Notes under the pieces: generated by a model
Database searches by the model: none
What the model was told of the DNA's origin: nothing
The model's input: the letters and a program-made list of their open reading frames with translations, nothing else
In this document: positions 36,433 to 45,806 of the stretch, one piece after another
Numbering within the stretch: position 1 is the first letter of the stretch
Layout of the letters: each line of letters opens with the position of its first letter
Position numbers and translations under genes: made by a program
From: Christensenella sp.
GTDB lineage: Bacteria > Bacillota > Clostridia > Christensenellales > CAG-138
Assembly (NCBI GenBank): GCA_034926785.1
Contig: JAYFQU010000017.1
Span: forward strand, 50,794-114,793
Length of the DNA: 64,000 bases
Direction: 5' to 3'

Positions 36433-37503
36433 ATGCGTCTTTTGATCATCAACCCCGGCGCGACCTCAACCAAAATCGCGGTTTACGAAGACGAATCCGA
36501 GGTCTATCAGGAGTCCGTTTTGCATGCGCCGGATGTGATCTCCGGCTATGCGCATATCATCGACCAGCTTCCCTTTCGCGAGGAGCTGGTGCGCGCGGCA
36601 CTCGCCCGCGCGGGTTATGCCGTCGCATCCTTTCAGGCGGTTTGCAGCCGCGGAGGGCTGCTCCGACACATCCCCTCCGGCACATACGCCATCGACGAGG
36701 CGGTGATTCATGACATCCAGCATCCGCCTTTTGGCGAGCATGCTTCCTCCCTCGGTCCCGTCATCGCCTGGTCGATCGCCCGCGAGGCCGGCATCCCTGC
36801 CTATCTGGTCGATCCCGTCTCCGTGGATGAAATGCAGCCGCTTGCACGCGTCTCAGGCCTCAAGGGCGTCGAGCGGGAGAGCTTTTTTCACGCGCTGAAT
36901 CAGAAGGCGGTTGCCCGTAAGGCCTCGGCCGACCTTGGCAAGCCCTATGAATCACTTAATATGATCGTTGTCCATATGGGCGGCGGCGTCTCCGTTGCCG
37001 CGCATGAGAAGGGCCGTGTGGTGGATGTTTATAACGTTCGCGACGAGGGCAGTTTCTCGCTCGACCGCGCGGGGTCGCTCCCCGTCAACGCGGTGGTCAA
37101 TCTTTGCTTCTCCGGTACGGGCAAGGAGGATATCAAGCGCAGGCTCTCCTTCGAGAGCGGTGTGTTTTCCTATCTCGGTACGCGTGATTTTCGCGAGGTG
37201 GAGCGGCGCATGCTGGAAGGCGACGCTGAGGCGGCGCTGATCTTCCGCGCAATGGCCTACCAACACGCCAAGGACATCGGCGCGATGGCCGCCGTGCTTC
37301 GTTTCTCGGTGGATGCCATCCTGCTCACGGGAGGCATCGCATACTCCGATCGATTTTGCGCCGAGATCTCCGGCTATGTGGAAAAAATCGCCCCGATCCT
37401 TCGCTATCCAGGCGAAGAGGAGATGAAATCGCTCGCGCTTGGCGCGCTTCGCGTGTTGCGCGGCGAAGCGCCGCAGACGTATCCTGCCTCCATTTTGCAA
37501 TGA
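36433..37503 (+). CDS. buk: Butyrate kinase-family acyl kinase
   Basis: ATG 36433 follows GGAGG. Starts MRLLIINPGATSTKIAVYEDE. 356 aa. Confidence 0.9.
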   Translation: MRLLIINPGATSTKIAVYEDESEVYQESVLHAPDVISGYAHIIDQLPFREELVRAALARAGYAVASFQAVCSRGGLLRHIPSGTYAIDEAVIHDIQHPPFGEHASSLGPVIAWSIAREAGIPAYLVDPVSVDEMQPLARVSGLKGVERESFFHALNQKAVARKASADLGKPYESLNMIVVHMGGGVSVAAHEKGRVVDVYNVRDEGSFSLDRAGSLPVNAVVNLCFSGTGKEDIKRRLSFESGVFSYLGTRDFREVERRMLEGDAEAALIFRAMAYQHAKDIGAMAAVLRFSVDAILLTGGIAYSDRFCAEISGYVEKIAPILRYPGEEEMKSLALGALRVLRGEAPQTYPASILQ

Positions 37504-37566
37504 CGCAGCCCTTCTTTGGGCTGTTTTTCATTGCGCATCCTATTCTGTCAAAAAGGAGACCATTGT

Positions 37567-38472
37567 ATGAAGCATACCCTGAATGAATTTGTCGAGCAGG
37601 CGGCGGGGTTGTCGCTTTGCGTCGCGGTCGCCGCCGCACACGACGAAGAGGTGCTCGAATCGCTGATTGCGGCACGGGACAAGGGCATCTGCACCGCGCG
37701 GCTCTATGGCAAAGCGGCCGAGATACGCAGGCTGCTCGCAAAGCTCCAAGCGGACGAGGCGGGCTTTACGATCCTCGAGCCGGAGGATGGCAGCGACGAA
37801 GCCTGCGCGCGCGCGGCGGTCTCCGCCGTAGAGCGCGGCGAAGCGGATTATCTCATGAAGGGGATTCTGAATACCACCATCTTCCTCCGCGCGGTGGTGC
37901 ACTCCGCCTTGTTGACGGGTGGGATGCTGTCGCATGTAATGATCTTCGAACTGCCTACCTATCCCAAGCTGCTCTATATCAGCGACGGGGCAATGAATCC
38001 CGCGCCGGATTATGAGCGAAAACGCGTCATTTTGGAAAACGCCGCTCGACTTTTGCAGTTGATCGGGTATAATACCATAAACGCGGCCTGCATCAGTGGC
38101 AGCGAGGTGGTCAGCGAGAAAATTCTATCCACGCTGGACGCCAAAGCGCTGAGCGAACTTGACTGGAGCCGCTACCACATGAACGTATTCGGCCCTGCCG
38201 CGCTGGACCTCGCCATCAGCCGCGAAGCCTGCGTGCATAAGAAATATACCGCCGTTGGCGCTGGCGATGCGGATCTCCTGCTCATGCCAAACTATGAGAC
38301 TGGCAACTGCTTCGGCAAGTCGCTGACCTATTTTGCGCATGCGCGCACCGCGGGTCTCGTCCTCGGCGCGAAATGCCCGATCGTGCTCGTCTCCCGCGCG
38401 GATACGGCGGACGCGAAGCTCACCTCCCTTGCGCTCGGCGCACTCGCGTCACACGGAGGGATGCAAGCATGA
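37567..38472 (+). CDS. ptb: Phosphate butyryltransferase-family phosphotransacylase
   Basis: ATG 37567 follows AAAGGAG. 301 aa, PTA_PTB family layout. Its stop overlaps the iorA start (ATGA). Confidence 0.85.
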   Translation: MKHTLNEFVEQAAGLSLCVAVAAAHDEEVLESLIAARDKGICTARLYGKAAEIRRLLAKLQADEAGFTILEPEDGSDEACARAAVSAVERGEADYLMKGILNTTIFLRAVVHSALLTGGMLSHVMIFELPTYPKLLYISDGAMNPAPDYERKRVILENAARLLQLIGYNTINAACISGSEVVSEKILSTLDAKALSELDWSRYHMNVFGPAALDLAISREACVHKKYTAVGAGDADLLLMPNYETGNCFGKSLTYFAHARTAGLVLGAKCPIVLVSRADTADAKLTSLALGALASHGGMQA

Positions 38473-40244
38473 GCACGAGCAAGCAACTGTTGACCGGAAA
38501 CGAAGCGATCGCGCGCGGCGCATTTGAAGCGGGCGTCACCGTCTGCTCCGCCTACCCCGGCACGCCGAGCACCGAAATCTTTGAAAACCTCGCGCAATAT
38601 CAGGATGTCCTGTACGCGGAATGGGCGCCGAATGAGAAGGTCGCCACCGAGGTCGCCTATGGCGCCTGCATCGCGAATTCGCGTTCCCTTACGGCGATGA
38701 AGCACGTCGGCCTGAACGTTGCCGCCGACCTGGTCTTCACCGCCGCCTACAACGGCGTAGGCGCGGGGTTTGTCATCGTCACGGCGGACGACCCGGATAT
38801 GCACTCCTCGCAAAACGAGCAGGACAACCGGCGCTATGCCCCGTTTGCCAAAATTCCGCTCATTGAACCCTCCGACTCGCAGGAATGCAAGGACTTTATA
38901 AAGGAGGCCTATTCCATCTCCGAGCGGTTCAATACCCCCGTGCTGTTTCGCACCACAACGCGTGTCAGTCACAGCAAGAGCCTGGTTTCTCTCGGCGAGC
39001 GCGAGGAGCCGGCCCCCGCGCAATATATGCGCAATATCCCGAAATATATCTGCACGCCCGCCTTCGCGCGGCAGCACCGGCCGGAGCTTGAGGAAAAGAT
39101 CAAGGCTCTGGAAGCATACGCCAATACAAGCCCGCTCAATGTGATGGAGCTCAACGGCGGCAAAATCGGTGTGCTTTCCTCTTCCATTGCGTATCAATAC
39201 GCCAAGGAGGTCTTCCCGGCGGATACATCGTTCCTGAAACTTGGTTTTACCTGGCCACTGCCGATGGATCTGATCCGCGATTTCGTCTCCCAGGTGGAGA
39301 CGCTCTATGTTGTGGAAGAGCTTGAACCATTTCTGGAGGAGCAGCTCCGCATGGCAGGCATCCCGTGCATCGGCAAGCGCGTCATACCGCCGATGTTTGA
39401 GTTGAATCCGGAGATTGTGCGCCGCGGCGTATTCGGAACCGAACCCGAAACCGCGGAGCTCAACGTCAAGATGGTCTCCCGTCCCCCGGCGCTGTGCCCC
39501 GGTTGCCCGCACCGCGGATTTTTCTATGTCATGAGTAAGCGCAAGGATTTTGTGATCTCCGGCGACATTGGCTGCTACACACTCGGATATGCCGCGCCGC
39601 TCTCGGCGATGGACACCTGCGCGTGTATGGGCGGCGGTTTCTCACTCGGCATGGGGATGTCCAAAGCGTTTGCCATGCAGGGGATCACCGATAAAAAGGT
39701 TTTCGGCGTGGTTGGCGATTCCACATTTTTTCATAGCGGGCTCACCGGCGCGGTGGAAATTCTCTACAACAAGGGTCGCATGATTCCATGCGTGCTGGAT
39801 AACTCCATCACCGGAATGACGGGGCATCAGGACAACCCCGGAACAGGGTTCACGCTCGGTGGGGAGATCGCGAATAAAATTCCGATTGAAGATGTACTGA
39901 AAAGCTTCGGCTATGGAACGCTCATCGTCGTAGATCCGCAGGATATCAAGGCCATGCAACAAGCGGTTGACGATGCCCTCGCAAGTGAGGTCCCCGCCGC
40001 CATCATCGTGCGCAGGCCATGCCTGCTGATCAAGCGAATCAAACACGACATTGGCAAATGCGTGGTCGATCGGGATCAGTGCCGCGGCTGCAAGATGTGC
40101 CTCAAGGTTGCCTGCCCCGCAATCCATATGCGGGATGGCAAGACCGAAATTGACCAGACCCTTTGCGCGGGCTGCAAGGTCTGCGCGCAGGTCTGCCCCT
40201 TTGGCGCAATCTCCCGCGTCGGCGAAGAGCGGAAAGGAGAATGA
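38469..40244 (+). CDS. iorA: Indolepyruvate:ferredoxin oxidoreductase subunit alpha
   Basis: 591 aa from MSTSKQLLTGNEAIARGAFEAGV. TPP-binding region and two C-terminal CxxCxxCxxxCP clusters. Confidence 0.9.
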   Translation: MSTSKQLLTGNEAIARGAFEAGVTVCSAYPGTPSTEIFENLAQYQDVLYAEWAPNEKVATEVAYGACIANSRSLTAMKHVGLNVAADLVFTAAYNGVGAGFVIVTADDPDMHSSQNEQDNRRYAPFAKIPLIEPSDSQECKDFIKEAYSISERFNTPVLFRTTTRVSHSKSLVSLGEREEPAPAQYMRNIPKYICTPAFARQHRPELEEKIKALEAYANTSPLNVMELNGGKIGVLSSSIAYQYAKEVFPADTSFLKLGFTWPLPMDLIRDFVSQVETLYVVEELEPFLEEQLRMAGIPCIGKRVIPPMFELNPEIVRRGVFGTEPETAELNVKMVSRPPALCPGCPHRGFFYVMSKRKDFVISGDIGCYTLGYAAPLSAMDTCACMGGGFSLGMGMSKAFAMQGITDKKVFGVVGDSTFFHSGLTGAVEILYNKGRMIPCVLDNSITGMTGHQDNPGTGFTLGGEIANKIPIEDVLKSFGYGTLIVVDPQDIKAMQQAVDDALASEVPAAIIVRRPCLLIKRIKHDIGKCVVDRDQCRGCKMCLKVACPAIHMRDGKTEIDQTLCAGCKVCAQVCPFGAISRVGEERKGE

Positions 40245-40249
40245 GGGCT

Positions 40250-40834
40250 ATGACGGCATTTACAGGAAACAGCATTCTCATCTGCGGAGTCGGCGGCCAG
40301 GGCACGCTGCTCATGAGTAAAACCCTGACCGCGGGTCTTGTGCAGGCGGGGTACGACGTCAAGATGAGCGAGGTGCACGGCATGGCGCAGCGAGGCGGCT
40401 CCGTCTCCACGCAGGTGCGCTATGGGGAGAAGATCTATTCCCCCATCATCGGAAGAGGCGAGGCGGATGTCCTCGTCGCCTTTGAAAAACTAGAAGCCGT
40501 GCGCTATTCCGGTCTGTTGAGACCCGGAGGCCTCGCGCTGATCAACGACTATGAGGTAATGCCTCTGCCTGTCGCCAGCGGCGCGGCGGAATATCCGCAG
40601 AACATCGCCGAGGAGATGCGCCGTGCGTTTGACACGCGCATCATCCCCGCGAGTGCCATTGCGTCGGGGCTTGGCAATATTCGCTGCACCAATATCGTTC
40701 TGCTCGGCGCGCTCGTCCGCGCGTTTCATCTGGAGTCCATCGATTGGAACGCCGCGTTGACCGAGTCCGTACCGCCCAAGGTGCTCCCCCTCAACCTCGC
40801 CGCGTTCGATGCGGGCTACCGGTTTGAGGCCTGA
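40250..40834 (+). CDS. iorB: Indolepyruvate:ferredoxin oxidoreductase subunit beta
   Basis: 194 aa starting MTAFTGNSILICGVGGQGTLL. Begins 5 nt after the iorA stop. Confidence 0.88.
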   Translation: MTAFTGNSILICGVGGQGTLLMSKTLTAGLVQAGYDVKMSEVHGMAQRGGSVSTQVRYGEKIYSPIIGRGEADVLVAFEKLEAVRYSGLLRPGGLALINDYEVMPLPVASGAAEYPQNIAEEMRRAFDTRIIPASAIASGLGNIRCTNIVLLGALVRAFHLESIDWNAALTESVPPKVLPLNLAAFDAGYRFEA

Positions 40835-40911
40835 ACCTGCCGCTCCTGGCAGGAAAAAGCACGGGCAATAGAATATATCTCAACCCGTCACCGGGTTCTG
40901 TCAGGGAGGCT

Positions 40912-42117
40912 ATGCAACCAATGGTATCAAAAGACATGCTCCAGTTGGGGCGCGTGCGCTCCGCCATCCGTGAGCTCTTTGAGTTCGGGCGCAAGCGTGC
41001 CGCCGTGGTCGGCGAGGAGAATATCTATGATTTTTCCCTCGGGAATCCCTCTGTCCCGCCGCCTCAGGCGCTCACGGAGGAGATGGTTCGCCTGCTCAAC
41101 ACCTCGGACCCTTCCGCTCTGCACGGCTACACCAGCGCGCCGGGTGCAAACGACGTTCGGGACGCCATTGCAAACAACCTCAACCTGCGCTTCGGCACCT
41201 CGTTTACCCGCCGTAATCTCTATATTTCCTGCGGCGCGGCGGCTGCGCTAACCTCCATCCTCCGCGCGCTGACGGCGGAGCAAGGGACAGAATTCATCGC
41301 AATCGCGCCCTATTTCCCGGAATATGGTTGTTTTGCGGCGACCGCAGGCGGAAAACTCGTGGTGGTAGAGCCGGATATGGAGCGGTTTCAGATCAACTTC
41401 TCCGCGCTGGAGCGGGCGATCAACGCGCATACGCAGGCTGTGATCATCAACTCGCCGAACAATCCTTCCGGCGTGATTTACTCCGAGGAAACGATTCAGC
41501 AACTTTCGGCCTTGCTGCGTCAGAAAAGCGGCGCTCTCGGGCACACCGTCTATCTCATCTCGGACGAGCCCTACCGCGAGCTGAACTATACCGATTTGCC
41601 CGTTCCGTTCGTCACAGATTTTTACGATGCGGCGATCATCTCCTATTCCTATTCCAAGAGTTTATCCCTACCGGGAGACCGCATCGGTTATGTGCTTCTC
41701 GGCAACGATATGCCGGAGTTTGATGATGTCTACGACGCAATCGCGGGCAGCGCGCGCGTTCAGGGCTATGTTTGCGCCCCGTCGCTGCTGCAAAAAACGA
41801 TTGGCCGTGCGGCGGAGCTCAACCTCATGCCGGACCTTTCGAGCTATCGAAAAAACCGCGACGCGCTCTATGAAGGGTTATGCGCATTCGGCTATCGCTG
41901 CATGCCGCCGGATGGCGCGTTCTATCTTTTTCTGGAAGCGCCGGGCGGAGACGGAGACGCGTTTGCCGAGGCAGCGAAATGCGAGGATATCCTGATCGTA
42001 TCGGGGCGCAGTTTCGGCTGTCCGTCCTATGTGCGCATCGCTTACTGCGTCTCCTATGAAACCATCGTCCGCTCCCTTCCGGGGTTCGGCCGGCTGTATC
42101 ATCAGTTCTGCAAATAG
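40912..42117 (+). CDS. Class I/II PLP-dependent aminotransferase
   Basis: 401 aa. RBS GGGAGG, PLP lysine in SYSKSLSLPG, and the NPSGV motif. Confidence 0.9.
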   Translation: MQPMVSKDMLQLGRVRSAIRELFEFGRKRAAVVGEENIYDFSLGNPSVPPPQALTEEMVRLLNTSDPSALHGYTSAPGANDVRDAIANNLNLRFGTSFTRRNLYISCGAAAALTSILRALTAEQGTEFIAIAPYFPEYGCFAATAGGKLVVVEPDMERFQINFSALERAINAHTQAVIINSPNNPSGVIYSEETIQQLSALLRQKSGALGHTVYLISDEPYRELNYTDLPVPFVTDFYDAAIISYSYSKSLSLPGDRIGYVLLGNDMPEFDDVYDAIAGSARVQGYVCAPSLLQKTIGRAAELNLMPDLSSYRKNRDALYEGLCAFGYRCMPPDGAFYLFLEAPGGDGDAFAEAAKCEDILIVSGRSFGCPSYVRIAYCVSYETIVRSLPGFGRLYHQFCK

Positions 42118-42135
42118 CAATCAATAGCGCAGGTA

Positions 42136-42163
42136 AAACGCCGCGGGATTTCTCCTGCGGCGT
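42136..42163. terminator. Bidirectional terminator between convergent operons
   Basis: AACGCCGC...GCGGCGTT stem. TTTT follows on the minus strand and GTGTTTTT on the plus strand. Confidence 0.6.
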
Positions 42164-42181
42164 TAGTGTTTTTACCTCTTT

Positions 42182-42859
42182 TTAGATTCTCCAGTGCCGG
42201 AGAAACAGCTGTGTGGCCTCGCCCTTGGGCTCCCGCAGCACCTGCATGGTCTCCCCGTCCTCCACGATTCTACCGTCCGTCAGGACAATCGTGCGGGTCG
42301 AGAGCCGAAGCGCCTGTGTCGGCGCATGAGAGGAGAACAGCAGCGTGCAGTTCGTCGCCTCGCAGTAGTCCTGTAAAACCCGCTCCAAGCGGTCTACGGC
42401 CTGAATATCCGCGCTCGCGGTCGGTTCATCCAGCAGCAGCAGCCGGTGCGGCCGCGCGATGATGCGCGCGAGAGCCATGCGCTGCACCTCGCCGCCGGAG
42501 AGGCGCTTTCCGCGCGCGGCTCTGAGGTGAATCAGCCCTACGCTCTCCAACGCTTCGCGCATCCGCTGCCGCTGATTTGGCAGCCCCTCCAGCGCCAATA
42601 GAACGTTCTGTTCAACGCTAAGATCAAAAGCATAGGGCTTTTGCGGCAGATAGGCAATCTCCCTTCTGCTCAGTCCCAAGAGAGAAACGGTCCCTTCGTC
42701 CGCTAGGAGCGTTCCCGCGAGCAGGCGAATCAGCGTGCTCTTGCCGGAACCGTTTGGGCCGATCAACGCAACCCGCTCGCCCTGCGCAATCTGCAGCGAG
42801 GGGATATCCAGCACGCAGCGCGCATCATAACGCTTTTTCAAGCCTTTGATCTCCATCAT
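42182..42859 (-). CDS. tupC: ABC transporter ATP-binding protein (TupC-like)
   Basis: 225 aa. Walker A GPNGSGKST, signature LSGGEVQR, Walker B LLLDEPT. Overlaps the permease gene by 4 nt. Confidence 0.75.
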   Translation of the reverse strand: MMEIKGLKKRYDARCVLDIPSLQIAQGERVALIGPNGSGKSTLIRLLAGTLLADEGTVSLLGLSRREIAYLPQKPYAFDLSVEQNVLLALEGLPNQRQRMREALESVGLIHLRAARGKRLSGGEVQRMALARIIARPHRLLLLDEPTASADIQAVDRLERVLQDYCEATNCTLLFSSHAPTQALRLSTRTIVLTDGRIVEDGETMQVLREPKGEATQLFLRHWRI

Positions 42860-43542
42860 AACACCGCGCTCCTCTGCAACAGATGCGCCAAAACATTGAC
42901 GGCCAGCGAGATGATCAGCAGCAGAATCCCCAATGCGAGCGCATATTGAAAGTCGCCGATGTTGGTATACATCATGATCGCGGTTGTCATCACGTTTGTC
43001 TTGTACGCAATCGCCCCGCCGACCATAGAAACCGCGCCAACCTCCGCCATTGCGCGGCCGAATCCGAGCAGGTAGGTGGAAACCAGCGCATACTTGCTCT
43101 CGTTGAGCGTGAGCAGAAAGGTCTTCCCGCGCGAAAGCCCAATCCCGCGTGCGGTTTCACGGATCTCCCCGATCAGGGGTGCAATCGCGGTTTCCATGCT
43201 CCCCGCAATAACAGGCGTAATGAGGATTACCTGCGCGACAATCATCCCCGTAATGGTGAACAGCAGCTTCAAGCCACGCAGAGGGCCAACGCCCGAAAAG
43301 AGCAGATAGCACAGCAACCCGCAGACCACGGGCGGCAGCCCCATGAGCGTGCGGTTGAGAATGATCAGTCCCCGTCTTCCGGGAAAGCGCGCGCTGGCGA
43401 GCAGCACGCCATACGGCGCCCCCAGAAGGAGCGCCGTACAAGAGCTGAAGAGTGTCATCCTCAGCGTAACCGATACTATGCTGTTGAGCAGCGGATCGCC
43501 CGAAAAAAGCAGGCTGATCGCGCGCTCCAAAGCGTCGCCCAC
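42856..43542 (-). CDS. tupB: ABC transporter permease (TupB-like)
   Basis: 228 aa, BPD-type permease with 5-6 TM helices. The operon context with a TTTS-motif binding protein suggests tungstate/oxyanion transport. Confidence 0.7.
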   Translation of the reverse strand: MGDALERAISLLFSGDPLLNSIVSVTLRMTLFSSCTALLLGAPYGVLLASARFPGRRGLIILNRTLMGLPPVVCGLLCYLLFSGVGPLRGLKLLFTITGMIVAQVILITPVIAGSMETAIAPLIGEIRETARGIGLSRGKTFLLTLNESKYALVSTYLLGFGRAMAEVGAVSMVGGAIAYKTNVMTTAIMMYTNIGDFQYALALGILLLIISLAVNVLAHLLQRSAVL

Positions 43543-43548
43543 GGAGGA

Positions 43549-44595
43549 TCAGCCCTCCGCGCCGCCGTTCGCTTCAAAGGCAAGGAATGTCGCTTTATCC
43601 GAGAGAATATAGGCCTCCAGCTCGTTTGCCATGGTCAGGCAGACGCCCATGCCCGCGTTGCTGGAAAGATACCAGTCGCTATACGCCGCAACGCTCGCCA
43701 CATCCGTGGTGATCCCCAGCGACTCCGGCCACAAGGAGACTTCCTTCGTGTGCGTGCCGCTCTGATCCCCGCGCGAAACGAAGGGGAACTTACCCTCGGC
43801 GATGCGCGCAAACGCGTCCTTCACATTCGCCGCCTCAGCGCACTTTGCCGGATCGTCATTCGGACCGACCAGCACAAAATAGTTATACATAAACGTAAGG
43901 CGCTCGGCGCTGTAGCCGTCGAGCAGCTTGGCGTATCCGTCCGCAACGAACTTTTCTTCCTGAGACTTGCTGTGTACGAGAATGAGATCCGCGTTGCCCA
44001 TCGTTGCCGCCGCGATGGCCTTGCCGGTTCCGGCGGAGGATACCTCCACCGTATAGCCATACTTCGCCTCAAACATCGGCAGCAGATAGGTCAGCAGTCC
44101 GCTGTCGTTGACCGATGTGGTCGTGGAGAGGCGAATCGTCCTTGTCGCGTCCGTCGCATCCGGGATCGCCACCGAGGAGACCGGTTTATCAGGGGTCAAG
44201 GTGAAGAGTGCCTCGCCGTATTGGGACACACCGTATCCGGAGATCAGCTGTGCGGCCTCATCGCTCATGAGCCAGTCGATGAGTGCCTTTGCCCCGATGG
44301 TATTGATCGCAACCCCGCTCACCGCTTTGCCGTCCGCGTCCTTGAAGGGCGCCGCGTCATTCACGGCGATGACGGTATAGTTGTTCTTCATGTCGTCGTC
44401 CTGCTCGAGCAGAATCTTGATGCCAAGGCCGTTCTCGCTCACCGCTAGGGTGGGCGCGGCGTCCTGTGCCGCGGCTATGACAATCTCCGGCGTAACATCG
44501 GCAGAGGGCGTCCCGCTCGCGGCCGGTTTTGCGCATCCAAAGACGGATAACACAACCAGCAACGCAATTGCTACCGCAAAAAAGCGTTTTCTCAT
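43549..44595 (-). CDS. tupA: TupA-like oxyanion (tungstate) binding lipoprotein, apparently permuted
   Basis: Start at MRKRFFAVAIALLVVLSVFGC (lipobox) at ATG 44595 with RBS AAAGGAG. Contains RLSTTTSVNDSGLL (TTTS motif) and FVSRGDQSGTH. The family's usual C-terminal segment is found at the N-terminus. Confidence 0.75.
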   Translation of the reverse strand: MRKRFFAVAIALLVVLSVFGCAKPAASGTPSADVTPEIVIAAAQDAAPTLAVSENGLGIKILLEQDDDMKNNYTVIAVNDAAPFKDADGKAVSGVAINTIGAKALIDWLMSDEAAQLISGYGVSQYGEALFTLTPDKPVSSVAIPDATDATRTIRLSTTTSVNDSGLLTYLLPMFEAKYGYTVEVSSAGTGKAIAAATMGNADLILVHSKSQEEKFVADGYAKLLDGYSAERLTFMYNYFVLVGPNDDPAKCAEAANVKDAFARIAEGKFPFVSRGDQSGTHTKEVSLWPESLGITTDVASVAAYSDWYLSSNAGMGVCLTMANELEAYILSDKATFLAFEANGGAEG

Positions 44596-44669
44596 GATCT
44601 GATTCTCCTTTTTGATACAAGGAAAAGGCTCCGACTCGTGCCAGACCGCGCCAAATTCAAAATCGATAT

Positions 44670-44768
44670 GCGATCTCCTTTGCAAATTCGGCAGGCACGC
44701 CCGTTTCCAGCCGTACCCATTGACCAACGCGGCCTCGCGGTATTCGGTCGCGATGATTCGGAGATTTT
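44670..44768 (-). promoter_or_regulatory. Moco/Tuco riboswitch-like leader, candidate
   Basis: Minus strand reads AUCUCCGAAUC...GGCUGGAAACGGGCGUGCCUGCCGAAUUUGCAAAGGAGAU. An AUCUCC/GGAGAU closing helix is present, together with CUCCGA, GCCUGCC and AAAGGAG blocks that I associate with the Moco RNA motif. It lies about 75 nt upstream of tupA. Confidence 0.45.
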
Positions 44769-44892
44769 CCTTTTTCTTTGTTGTCTTCCGGAGTATGAAA
44801 AAAGCCGGCGTCTGCCCAGGATATGACGTTTTGTTCGCCCACGAGCACCGGATTCTCATCGCCGCCGGGAGATAGTCAACAGCTGTATTATT

Positions 44893-45552
44893 TCACACCA
44901 CATGTGTGTTGTCAAATCGATTGGCCTGATTGCGCAATTCGGGCGTACTTTGGATACGGCTGAGCGCCGCTTCCGTTATGGACTGAAGGAACACGGCCGT
45001 CGGGCGGGAAACCCCCGTCTCCCCGCTGAAGCGTTCCGCGGTAAAACCCTCGGCACAGTATCTTGCGTGGAGCGGAACCAGCTTGATCTGGCGATTGGTT
45101 CGCAAAGCGTCCTCCAGGCACATCAACTCGCTATATCTGGTCTCGTTCTCCTCGTCGCTTGCGGCGCTGGCACGCTTTGCCTCGCGCCGCTGCGCCAGCC
45201 GGCTGCCAAGCGGCAGCAAGATTGCCAGCAGAATCAAACCGAACCCAATCACCTGCCAGGCGGTGATCGTTGCAAGCGCTGCCAGAAGCCCGCCGACGGG
45301 CAGAACAGCCGCGAGCCATACCCAACCATCCGCGCGCACATGCCTATCCGCCTTGATTCGCTCGATATAATCCGCAAGGCATTTCTCGCAAACACCGCGA
45401 TAGATCACACCTAAAAACGCCTCGCTGTCACTCAGGCGCGCATAGGCATATGCATAGTTCGCCGTACCGCCGCAAAGAAAGCACTTAACCGCAATCGGCT
45501 GCTCCAAGCAATCACCACCCCTTCCGTGAGAAGGCACTGTTTGTCTACGCAA
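44893..45552 (-). CDS. Hypothetical membrane protein with N-terminal Cys-rich (zinc-ribbon-like) region
   Basis: 219-aa ORF (TTG). Contains CFLCGG...CEKC, then two TM helices and a soluble tail. An internal TTG at 45507 after GGGGTGG is an alternative start. Confidence 0.55.
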   Translation of the reverse strand: MRRQTVPSHGRGGDCLEQPIAVKCFLCGGTANYAYAYARLSDSEAFLGVIYRGVCEKCLADYIERIKADRHVRADGWVWLAAVLPVGGLLAALATITAWQVIGFGLILLAILLPLGSRLAQRREAKRASAASDEENETRYSELMCLEDALRTNRQIKLVPLHARYCAEGFTAERFSGETGVSRPTAVFLQSITEAALSRIQSTPELRNQANRFDNTHVV

Positions 45553-45806
45553 TCGTTTGTTTCGTTAGATCTAAAAAATAGTGTTTAACCTGCGGTTTGC
45601 GTGTTTATATAATAGTAATATAACATATGACGGCCAAAATACAGCAAAAAATTGCGATCCTTGCTAAAATTCACATTTTGAAGGCTCGCATCTACGCGTG
45701 AAAGATGTTTTCCTAAATTGTTACACGATAGAAGCGATGAATAGCTGCAGTCAATGCAGGAACCGATATTCCCTACAAAGCCATCCGTTCCCACCGCGCC
45801 GCCTTC

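Noticed and set aside
38328-39512. 394-aa ORF antisense to ptb/iorA
   Set aside because: It is a shadow ORF of strongly supported + strand genes, with low-complexity Arg/Gly-rich composition.
42883-44448. 521-aa ORF antisense to tupB/tupA
   Set aside because: It is the longest shadow ORF in the window. It is extremely Arg-rich with no domain signature, and the opposite strand encodes a coherent ABC permease and binding protein.
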